Shown: in pieces, positions 18,281-26,394 of the stretch | Layout: each line of letters starts with the position of its first letter | How positions within the stretch are numbered: the first letter of the stretch is position 1 | Position numbers and translations under genes: made by a program | The notes under the pieces: model-generated | The model's database searches: none | Told to the model about the DNA's origin: nothing | Seen by the model: only the letters and a program-made list of their open reading frames with translations | Source: Planctomycetaceae bacterium | Lineage (GTDB): Bacteria > Planctomycetota > Planctomycetia > Pirellulales > Pirellulaceae | Direction: 5' to 3' | NCBI GenBank assembly: GCA_002724245.1 | Contig: PBOG01000271.1 | Coordinates: 17,638-81,637, forward strand | DNA length: 64,000 bases

Positions 18281-19507
18281 ATGACCCGCTCTCAGTTCCA
18301 CGCTAATCGCGTTTCACATTTCCAGGAAAGTACTGTGACGACTGCATTTCATCCTGAAAGCATCTCCGGCAAGCAGGGGAACGCTGCGTGGTTTCTGTCA
18401 GGATCACTTGGTCCGGGGGGTGCCGTCACAGATGTCCCCGTCAATTCGACACCGTTCGTCGTAGGACGCAAAACGAACTGTTCACTTTGCCTGGCTGCAC
18501 CGACGGTATCTGGCCAGCACGCAACGATCAGTATGCAGGGTGAACGGCTGTTGATTACAGATCTGGCAAGCACCAATGGAACCTACGTCAACGGCCACCG
18601 TATCAAACAACCTACAATCCTTAACGACAAAGACCTGATTCAATTAGCGGATGCCCCTTTTCGTGTCCGTGCCCAAGTCACTCAAACCGACACACAAACC
18701 CAGCCTGAGAATGCATACAACGACGCGTTAGCGCTTGTGGAATTTGACCGTTTAATGAGCGCACGACTTGTCGCGCCGCGCTACCAGCCCATCCTCGACC
18801 TGAGCCTTCAGGAAACCTCTCCGACTTCACAGACACCAGCATCCCATTGCCCGCAACACATCGTTGGTTATGAAGTCCTGGGAAGGAGCGATTTACCTGG
18901 CCTGGAAACTCCTGCTGCAATGTTTCAGGCCGCCGGCCGCCTGGACTTGCAAGTGCCGCTCAGTCGGATGCTACGCTGTGAAGGTGTACAGGCGACACGG
19001 ACCGTGACCCCACTGCCCCGCCTGTTTATCAACACTCATCCGTCCGAATTAGACGAAGCAGGGCTGATCGAATCTTTGCAGGATCTGCGCAGGCTGGCGC
19101 CTGCACAAGAACTTGTACTCGAAATTCATGAATCTGCCGTCACGGACCTGTCTGCAATGCACCGTTTGGCTACGGTTCTCCGTGACCTCAATATGGGACT
19201 GGCATTCGATGATTTCGGAGCGGGCCAAACAAGACTGGTTGAATTGATCGAAGTACGACCCGATTACGTGAAATTTGACATGAGTCTGATCCGCGACATC
19301 GACACCGCGCATCACGAACGGCAACAAGTCCTGAGGCAGCTGGTCATTATGGTGCAAGAATTGGGTAGCACACCTCTGGCTGAAGGAATCGAACGCTCTG
19401 GAGAACTGGAAACTTGCCGACAGCTTGGGTTTACACTGGGGCAAGGTTATTTTCTGGGTTCCCCACAATCTCTGGAAAACATTGCTTGCCCCAGTGGTGC
19501 CGGATAA
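18281..19507 (+). CDS. FHA domain - EAL domain protein (putative phosphothreonine-regulated c-di-GMP phosphodiesterase)
   Basis: The ORF starts at TTG 18239, but ATG 18281 is the likely start. FHA domain (nt ~18386-18667): VGRK, SGQHA and TNGTYVNG conserved residues. EAL domain (nt ~18731-19462): YQPI, GYEVLGR (EVL variant of EAL), FINTHP, EIHE, DDFGAG, KFD, EGIE, QGY. All catalytic or metal-binding positions appear present. Confidence 0.85.
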   Translation: MTRSQFHANRVSHFQESTVTTAFHPESISGKQGNAAWFLSGSLGPGGAVTDVPVNSTPFVVGRKTNCSLCLAAPTVSGQHATISMQGERLLITDLASTNGTYVNGHRIKQPTILNDKDLIQLADAPFRVRAQVTQTDTQTQPENAYNDALALVEFDRLMSARLVAPRYQPILDLSLQETSPTSQTPASHCPQHIVGYEVLGRSDLPGLETPAAMFQAAGRLDLQVPLSRMLRCEGVQATRTVTPLPRLFINTHPSELDEAGLIESLQDLRRLAPAQELVLEIHESAVTDLSAMHRLATVLRDLNMGLAFDDFGAGQTRLVELIEVRPDYVKFDMSLIRDIDTAHHERQQVLRQLVIMVQELGSTPLAEGIERSGELETCRQLGFTLGQGYFLGSPQSLENIACPSGAG

Positions 19508-19744
19508 CACCTCCTGCGGTTTTCTTTCAATGCAGCGTGCTGTATTCCGGGCAACCAATAGACCGGCTGGCAAGGCCCCGTAGCTGCCCTCTTGATGGCA
19601 CCCTACAATCGCCACCGCGGCGTGTCTTTATTGTCCAGGACTCCTCCTCTGAGGCTCCGAGAAACTAATTCCGCTTCCGCAGCGTGGACAGCGCCAGAAA
19701 AATACGGACAGGATTCGCATCTTGCATCAAAGGGCGGGATTGTC

Positions 19745-20596
19745 ATGGGCCACCTACAAGGAAAAGTTGCCGTCATCACAGGAGCTGGCAGGGGAATTGG
19801 CCGAGCGCATGCGCTGTCGATGGCTGCGCAGGGTGCACGTCTGGTAATCAATGATGTTGGCTGTGAACGAGACGGCAGCGGCCAGGGCTCTGCCGCAGAA
19901 GATGTCGTCGAAGAAATTCGCGCAACAGGGGGGGAGGCGGCTATCAGTTCTGACGAAGTTGGCAGCAGTCAGGCTGCGCAATCCATCATGCAAACTGCAC
20001 TGCGAGAATTTGGCCAACTTGACATCCTGGTTAACAACGCAGGAATCCTTCGTGATCGCACATTGCTAAAAATGACAGATGACGAATGGGACGATGTCAT
20101 TCGCGTGCATTTGAAAGGTACCTTTTGTTGCCTCAGAGCGGGGGCCCAGATCATGAAAGACCAAGGAACCGGTGGTCGGATCATCAACACTTCTTCCAGT
20201 TCAGGGTTATTGGGAAACTTCGGTCAGGCAAACTATGGGGCCGCCAAGGCGGGCATTCATGCTTTAACTCGTATCGCAGCTGCCGAACTTGGACGCTATG
20301 CCATCACTGTCAATGCAATCGCGCCACTTGCCTGGACGCGCATGACAGACGATCTTCCCAAGGGAACTTCCTTGTCACAGCAACAAGCGATGTCACCCGA
20401 CTTCATCTCTCCTGTCGTCGTTTTTCTGGCTAGCGATGAAGCAAGAGACATCAGCGGAGAAACGTTCGGTGTCGAGGGAAATCACGTATTTTGTTACCGC
20501 ATGATGGCCAGTCACGGCATTACAAGAGCGAGCGGAGATGGGCCTTGGTCATTTGAAGAATTGCGGGACCTGATTCCTCGAGCGATTAGCTGGTAA
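19745..20596 (+). CDS. Short-chain dehydrogenase/reductase
   Basis: The ORF starts at 19592, but ATG 19745 gives the canonical N-terminus MGHLQGKVAVITGAGRGIG. It has an NNAG motif and the NYGAAKAG (YxxxK) motif. Confidence 0.85.
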   Translation: MGHLQGKVAVITGAGRGIGRAHALSMAAQGARLVINDVGCERDGSGQGSAAEDVVEEIRATGGEAAISSDEVGSSQAAQSIMQTALREFGQLDILVNNAGILRDRTLLKMTDDEWDDVIRVHLKGTFCCLRAGAQIMKDQGTGGRIINTSSSSGLLGNFGQANYGAAKAGIHALTRIAAAELGRYAITVNAIAPLAWTRMTDDLPKGTSLSQQQAMSPDFISPVVVFLASDEARDISGETFGVEGNHVFCYRMMASHGITRASGDGPWSFEELRDLIPRAISW

Positions 20597-20778
20597 ACAG
20601 GCAATTGGCCTAGCGTTGTTACACGATATACCAATTGAAACCCGCAAGGCAAAAGAACACCGCGGGTTGCACACGCTCACACCACACAGATGCGGCTTGA
20701 CGCAAGAACTACCCATCGATGAAGACCGTTTGACAAAGCACGCTGCGAACAGGCAGACATCTACTGTCGAAAACCTGG

Positions 20779-21750
20779 TCAGCCAGATTTACGTGGATTC
20801 AACTCGTGTTCCATCCGCCAGCCCGGCAAAGTCTGGGACTCCTGGGGTTCAACAAGTTTTCCGTAGAGCTCAGGCCTGCGTGCCTTCAAGTAGCGGCGGC
20901 CTGAAGACTGTGCAAGTTTATCAGCAGTCAATAAACCCACTACCACATCGTCATCCAGCGCGCGACTTTCGGCGACGATTTCACCATAAGGGTCCAGAAT
21001 CATCGCGAGGCCAGGCTTGACCGTGTCGTAATCCCAGCCAATCGGATTGCTGAATACCGCATAGATACCATTTTCATACGCCCTGGCCGGCAGCCAGCGC
21101 ATAAGCCACTCTCGTCCTTTGGGACCCTGGAACTCTTGCCGCAAACGCACAGGATCTTCGTGACGTCTATCCCATAACGCTCGCTCCACAACTCCCCGTC
21201 CCGGCATCACGGAAGGCAGACAGCCCGTGACGTGTGGCATGATAATGATCTCAGCGCCCAACATCGCCGTGAGCCGCACATTTTCGGGCAGATTGTTGTC
21301 GTAACAGATCAGAAATCCCACCTTGCAACCCAACAGGTCGATCACCTGGTACTCTGATCCGGCCGACAAGTGAGGATTGACAAAAGGATGGATCTTACTG
21401 AACTTGGCCACAAACCCGTCTGACGAAACCGTCACGTAAGTATTCCAAACCCGGTCTTGCGTGTCGCGTTCAAACAAGCCAGCCATGACAACGGTTTGAA
21501 ATTCAACCGCGATAGCTTCCAGTGCTGAGATTGAAGGGCCAGAGGGTACCGGCTCTGCAAGCTTCAGCAAAGCGGGTTTGTCAAGCGGCTGAATCCATGA
21601 GTAACCGTGAATACAGCCCTCATGGAAACTGACGAGTTCCGCGCCCAAATCCACTGCCCTCCGCGTGAGATCACGTATGCGTGACAAGTTGTACGCGGGA
21701 TCATTATCCCGATGTTCAAACTGGCACGCTGCGACTCGCACATTGCGCAT
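20779..21750 (-). CDS. Carbon-nitrogen hydrolase (nitrilase superfamily)
   Basis: The ORF runs to 21855, but ATG 21750 gives MRNVRVAACQFEH, a typical CN-hydrolase start. The catalytic Cys context is KVGFLICYD. Choosing 21750 removes the overlap with the upstream permease. Confidence 0.85.
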   Translation of the reverse strand: MRNVRVAACQFEHRDNDPAYNLSRIRDLTRRAVDLGAELVSFHEGCIHGYSWIQPLDKPALLKLAEPVPSGPSISALEAIAVEFQTVVMAGLFERDTQDRVWNTYVTVSSDGFVAKFSKIHPFVNPHLSAGSEYQVIDLLGCKVGFLICYDNNLPENVRLTAMLGAEIIIMPHVTGCLPSVMPGRGVVERALWDRRHEDPVRLRQEFQGPKGREWLMRWLPARAYENGIYAVFSNPIGWDYDTVKPGLAMILDPYGEIVAESRALDDDVVVGLLTADKLAQSSGRRYLKARRPELYGKLVEPQESQTLPGWRMEHELNPRKSG

Positions 21751-21799
21751 CAAACTGTTCCTCCACTGAGTACCCACAGCTGCTTGACAGAACGCCGCG

Positions 21800-23305
21800 C
21801 TAGCGAGGAGTTTCTCCTTGCCGCGGCTTCTTGATCCATCTCTGAGGCAACTCAAAGATCCGCAACGCCCAGTCCGACTTTTTGAGTTGGTCGATCATGG
21901 CGGCTGCCAGAATTAACGACCCAAAGACAACCATCTGTTCATAGGTTGCAACACCCTGCATATTCAAACCATTCTGGATGATGGCAATAATTCCGGCACC
22001 GACCAGTGTCCCAAAAATCCTCCCTTCTCCGCCCGCCAGGCTAGTACCACCCACCACGACTGCCGCAATCACGCGCAACTCGTAGAGTTCCCCCGCATTG
22101 GGACGCCCTCCTTCAAAGCGCGAGGCATCCATTACGCCACTCAAACCGGCGAATGCTCCACACAGCGTGTAAACAAAAATGAGCACCAGCATGACCGGGA
22201 CACCTGACAGCCTCGCAGCTTCGCGGTTTCCTCCGACGGCATAGATGTAACGCCCTACCGGCGTATTAGTCATCAAGATGTGGGCCAACAGGTAGAGCAA
22301 GAGCGTCAACAGGATCGGATTGGGAATCCCAAACAACTCTCCATTACTAAACGCGCCAAACGCCTCGTGATCAATCTTGACGGCTTCGGGCGTCCCTTTG
22401 GTCCCACCGCCGGAAAGAAAACTCTGGTAATCGACAGCGATGATCAATGCGAGGCCACGGGCCACCATCATCATCGCCAGCGTGACCACAAATGCCGGAA
22501 TATGACAGACCGTTACCATGATCCCGTTCAAGGTTCCGCTCAGCGCACAAATCCCGGCCCCAATCAGACAGCCCGCGATCAGCCCCCCTAGCCCGGCATC
22601 CTCACCTCCCCACCAGCGTTGGATCATCACCGCGCTAATGACTCCCGAGAGAGCCAATAAACTCCCCACGGACAGGTCAATTCCAGCGGTAATGATGACC
22701 ATCGTCATACCAATGGCAATGATCGCTATATCTGCATTGTTCTTGAATACGTTGAGAATATTTGACCAGGTGAGAAAACTCGGCCACATGTAACTCTCAG
22801 GAACATGCACTTTTGGCACCTGGGGCAACGACAGCTGATTTGCCAAGCGTTTCAGGCGGTCAACTTTAAGGGGGCCCCACTGGGTCCCCGCATGGTGCGT
22901 CGCAACCGCCTCGAGCGGATCATCAGAACTGATGCGACGCAGCGCACGGCCCGCATCCACAGGCGCTTTTGCAAAGACTGTTTCACGTACATGCCCACCA
23001 AGCTCTGTCAATTCACTGGAAATTGCCTTGGCAAAGACACGATCTGCTACGGTATCGCGCACGATAATCAAGGTATCGCTCTGAACACCATGCCTGGCAA
23101 TGATCGACTGCGCCAGCGATCGTCCGGCAGCCGCATTTGTGGGATGCTGCTCGCTCCAGGTGACCACGCTGTAGTACCCGCACAACAGCAAGAACACCAA
23201 TAGAGAACCATACTCAGAAAACAGTCTTTTCATCACCACTCGACAATCCGTACCAGGTCCTGAAATACACTCCGCACCGAACGCCTCGCTCTGCGCCATC
23301 TTCAC
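21800..23305 (-). CDS. Sugar ABC transporter permease (RbsC/AraH-like) with a ~125-aa insertion after TM1
   Basis: 501-aa ORF (alternative ATG at 23233). The RbsC-like core starts at ...NILNVFKNNADIAIIAIGMTMVIITAGIDLSVGS. It is preceded by one TM helix and a soluble segment absent from ordinary ~320-aa RbsC proteins. Confidence 0.85.
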   Translation of the reverse strand: MKMAQSEAFGAECISGPGTDCRVVMKRLFSEYGSLLVFLLLCGYYSVVTWSEQHPTNAAAGRSLAQSIIARHGVQSDTLIIVRDTVADRVFAKAISSELTELGGHVRETVFAKAPVDAGRALRRISSDDPLEAVATHHAGTQWGPLKVDRLKRLANQLSLPQVPKVHVPESYMWPSFLTWSNILNVFKNNADIAIIAIGMTMVIITAGIDLSVGSLLALSGVISAVMIQRWWGGEDAGLGGLIAGCLIGAGICALSGTLNGIMVTVCHIPAFVVTLAMMMVARGLALIIAVDYQSFLSGGGTKGTPEAVKIDHEAFGAFSNGELFGIPNPILLTLLLYLLAHILMTNTPVGRYIYAVGGNREAARLSGVPVMLVLIFVYTLCGAFAGLSGVMDASRFEGGRPNAGELYELRVIAAVVVGGTSLAGGEGRIFGTLVGAGIIAIIQNGLNMQGVATYEQMVVFGSLILAAAMIDQLKKSDWALRIFELPQRWIKKPRQGETPR

Positions 23306-23372
23306 CGCCGACCATTACACCTCCAACAGGCGGCGGCCTCCGTCAGTTATCGTAACCGCAACGACGCAATCG

Positions 23373-24920
23373 TTACTCCACTGCCAGCTCCATAATTTGC
23401 TCCTGCGTCGCAGTCGCGACTTCGCGAATCTCTCCATTAATCCGGCCTTCGCGCATCACCAGGATACGATCTGCCATTCCCAGTGCTTCCGGAAGCTCAC
23501 TCGTAATCATCAAAATTGCCTTGCCCTGGTCTGCTAAATGATTCAATAGCTGATAAATCTCATATTTGGCACCCACATCAATTCCCCGTGTGGGTTCATC
23601 AAAAATGATCACTTCCGCATTCCGTTCCAACCATTTCGCCAGCACTACTTTTTGCTGATTGCCACCCGAAAGTGTCTGAGCCTGCTGATAACGGCTGGAT
23701 ATCTTGACTTGAAGACGATCGACATGGCCGTCCAGCGCCCGGCGTTCCCGCAATTGTGAAATCCAGCCCCACGGAGCAAAACGACGCATATTCGGCAAGC
23801 CGAAGTTCTCGATCACGGCCATGCCAAGTACAAGGCCCTGCTGCTTGCGATCCTCTGTGAGCAAACAGATACCTGCGTTAATTGCATCACGCGGATTGCG
23901 AATGGCCAATTTCTCTCCATCCAAATTGACCGATCCCGACTCCATTCGATCGGCCCCAAAAATCAGCCTAGCGGCCTCCGTCCTCCCCGCACCAACCAGG
24001 CCCGTCAACGCCAGGATCTCTCCTCGATGCACCTCCAGTGACACGTCCTTGACTGCAGCCCCTCTTTTCAGATTCCTGGCCACCAGTCTGGGGCCACCGA
24101 TCGCAGCCGGTTTCTTGGGAAATTCCTCCGACAGGCGCCGGCCCACCATCATTTCAATAATCGCCTCGCGAGTCAGACCGGATACCGAACGCGTCTCGAC
24201 GTGCTCACCATCCCGCAACACCATAGCCCGATCCGCAATCTCCATCACCTCGCCGAGCCGATGGGTGACATAGAGAATTCCAATACCTTGCGCTTTCAGT
24301 TCACGGATGACCGCAAACAACCGATCGACTTCCCGAGGCGAAAGTGCGGCACTCGGTTCGTCCATAATGATCACGCGTGATTCGACCGCCAGTGCCTTGG
24401 CAATTTCCACCACCTGCTGCTGGGCAACAGATAGAGAGCGGCAGAGCTTGTCAGAATCCACGACAACACCAATCCGCTTGAACAGCGAACTGGCGTGTGC
24501 ACGTTCCTGGCGTTTGCCAAGAAATCCCCAGCGCGTACTTTCTCGTCCAAGAAAAATATTCTCTTGCACGGAAAGTGCCGGCACTAAATTGAATTCCTGG
24601 TAAATAACGCTGATTCCCAGTCGACGCGCATCAACGGGACCGGCAATCACCTCAGATGCCCCATGAACCTGCAACGACCCCTGATCTGGCGCGTGCGCAC
24701 CACCCAGGATCTTGATGAGTGTGCTCTTGCCTGCACCATTCTCACCCAACAGTGCCAGGACTTCACCTGCGTACAAATCCAAATCGACATCACGGAGCGC
24801 GTCAACACCTGGAAAGGACTTGGTGATCCCCCGCATCTGTACCAACGGCATGTCGGTGGCAGACACTCCATCGGCAAGTTCATTCATAGCGGATCCGATC
24901 GGACGACCAATTACTTCCAC
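23373..24920 (-). CDS. Sugar ABC transporter ATP-binding protein (two fused ABC domains, RbsA-like)
   Basis: 515-aa ORF, starting at GTG 24920 or ATG 24887. It has Walker A GENGAGKST, two signature motifs (LSVAQQQ, LSGGNQQK) and two Walker B motifs. Confidence 0.9.
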   Translation of the reverse strand: MEVIGRPIGSAMNELADGVSATDMPLVQMRGITKSFPGVDALRDVDLDLYAGEVLALLGENGAGKSTLIKILGGAHAPDQGSLQVHGASEVIAGPVDARRLGISVIYQEFNLVPALSVQENIFLGRESTRWGFLGKRQERAHASSLFKRIGVVVDSDKLCRSLSVAQQQVVEIAKALAVESRVIIMDEPSAALSPREVDRLFAVIRELKAQGIGILYVTHRLGEVMEIADRAMVLRDGEHVETRSVSGLTREAIIEMMVGRRLSEEFPKKPAAIGGPRLVARNLKRGAAVKDVSLEVHRGEILALTGLVGAGRTEAARLIFGADRMESGSVNLDGEKLAIRNPRDAINAGICLLTEDRKQQGLVLGMAVIENFGLPNMRRFAPWGWISQLRERRALDGHVDRLQVKISSRYQQAQTLSGGNQQKVVLAKWLERNAEVIIFDEPTRGIDVGAKYEIYQLLNHLADQGKAILMITSELPEALGMADRILVMREGRINGEIREVATATQEQIMELAVE

Positions 24921-24926
24921 CGTAGA

Positions 24927-25988
24927 TCATTGCAGATCCGGATCCTGGTCGGCATCCGCTTTCTTGTACAATTTAGGAGTGATCAGATTGACTTTTTCAA
25001 ACTCTTCACCGTCCAGATATTTCTGGATATTCTGCATTGTGAGAATCGCCATCTGGTCAGGGAACTGGATCGGATCAGCGTAAATTTCACCGTCCTTGAT
25101 CGCTTGTTTGCCTTCGATTTGCCCATCAAAACCGATGATCCGTACCTGATCCGCTTTACCTGCTTCCTCTAGTGCTTTACGTGCCCCGAGCGCAGACGGA
25201 TCATTGATCGCAAAAATACCCCGCAGATTGGGATAGGCAACGATCGCGTCAGCTGTCGCATTGTGGCCCACGTCGCGGAGTCCACCGCCATTGAGTTCTG
25301 CCACCACGTTAATTTTTCCATCGGCCCGCTTTTCATTGGTCGCATTAACGACATCGGTAAATCCGTTGACACGTAGCACACAAGAGTTGGCTTGTTTGAA
25401 GTGGAGCACTAGAACATCGCCACCCTCTTCCCCCAAAACTTCGGCCATCGCTTCCCCCGCTTGCCTGCCGCCAGCATAGTTGTCCGTGCCGACGTGGCCC
25501 GCGATTTCTGCATCCTCCGAAACGCATTGTAAATCGCAAGTAAAAACAGGAATCCCAGCGTCATTCGCTTTCTTGATTGCTGGACCGATCGCAATCCGGT
25601 CAGCGGGATTCAGCACGATCGCGGTGACTTTCTGGGACAGGTAATTGTCCAGATGTTTGGCCTGCGTATCGACATCGAGATTTGCATCATTGACGAGAAC
25701 AGTAAATCCCTGTTTCTCCGCTTCCGCAGTCAACGTATCGGCAATAATCTTGAAAAACGGATTCTTCAGCGTCAGCACGGAAAATCCAATCGTCCCGTTC
25801 GCGCCACCCGCTCCTGAATCCGCTGCACCTCCAGCACTACTGCCGCTGTCGCCACCCGCATTCGCTGCGTCAGCCACCGTTGAGTTAGCCGCTTCATTGG
25901 ATGCACCGTCAGAAGAAGCCGAACCACCACCACAACCCGTCAAACCGCACAACAACAAACCAATGAACACAAAACGGTAACACTTCAT
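24927..25988 (-). CDS. Sugar ABC transporter periplasmic binding lipoprotein (RbsB-like)
   Basis: 353-aa ORF. It has a lipobox (LLLCGLTGC), a Gly/Ser/Ala-rich linker and a type-I periplasmic binding fold body. It lies 6 nt upstream of the ATPase gene. Confidence 0.85.
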   Translation of the reverse strand: MKCYRFVFIGLLLCGLTGCGGGSASSDGASNEAANSTVADAANAGGDSGSSAGGAADSGAGGANGTIGFSVLTLKNPFFKIIADTLTAEAEKQGFTVLVNDANLDVDTQAKHLDNYLSQKVTAIVLNPADRIAIGPAIKKANDAGIPVFTCDLQCVSEDAEIAGHVGTDNYAGGRQAGEAMAEVLGEEGGDVLVLHFKQANSCVLRVNGFTDVVNATNEKRADGKINVVAELNGGGLRDVGHNATADAIVAYPNLRGIFAINDPSALGARKALEEAGKADQVRIIGFDGQIEGKQAIKDGEIYADPIQFPDQMAILTMQNIQKYLDGEEFEKVNLITPKLYKKADADQDPDLQ

Positions 25989-26394
25989 CGATGGGCTCCC
26001 AGGCAGGCACTACATGATCTGGACAATGCTGACGTTGACTTATCATGTCGCATCCGCATCACAAGCTCAAGCAGGAAGACCGCCACGAAATGGCCAAAAC
26101 TTGCCGGTTCGATCATCTGTGCCTCCGTGTGCATGGCCAGACCGACCACTACCAGGCCTGAAACGGATCCCTGGAACCTCATTTCAGGCCGCTCGAGGTC
26201 ACGGCAACCGACGATGCTGCGTCCCAGGATGGCCCTGCTTCGGCACCACTTTGATCCTGCCCAGGTTGACAACGGGCAGACGCTGGTCGCTAAATCAGGT
26301 AATGTGAAAGCCGGTCACAAGACGGCGGCTCTCGGCTTCCTTTTCTGCATGCCCGTTGGCTCCACACTTTGCATTCTTGATAAGGTCACTTTGC

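Noticed and set aside
19592-19744. Long N-terminal extensions offered by the ORF track. Examples are 19592, 29203, 36492, 53410, 59057 and 26356 on the plus strand, and 6202, 8467, 21855, 29213, 36290, 40958, 44077, 59076 and 62308 on the minus strand.
   Set aside because: In each case an internal ATG gives the canonical family N-terminus or a signal peptide. The extension is compositionally odd, or overlaps a neighbouring gene or divergent promoter region. I therefore used the shorter coordinates.
20639-20668. Hairpin (aacccgc ... gcgggtt) between the convergent SDR and nitrilase genes; possible bidirectional terminator
   Set aside because: It has only a 7-bp stem with a 16-nt loop and no U-tract on either strand. 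That is too weak to call.
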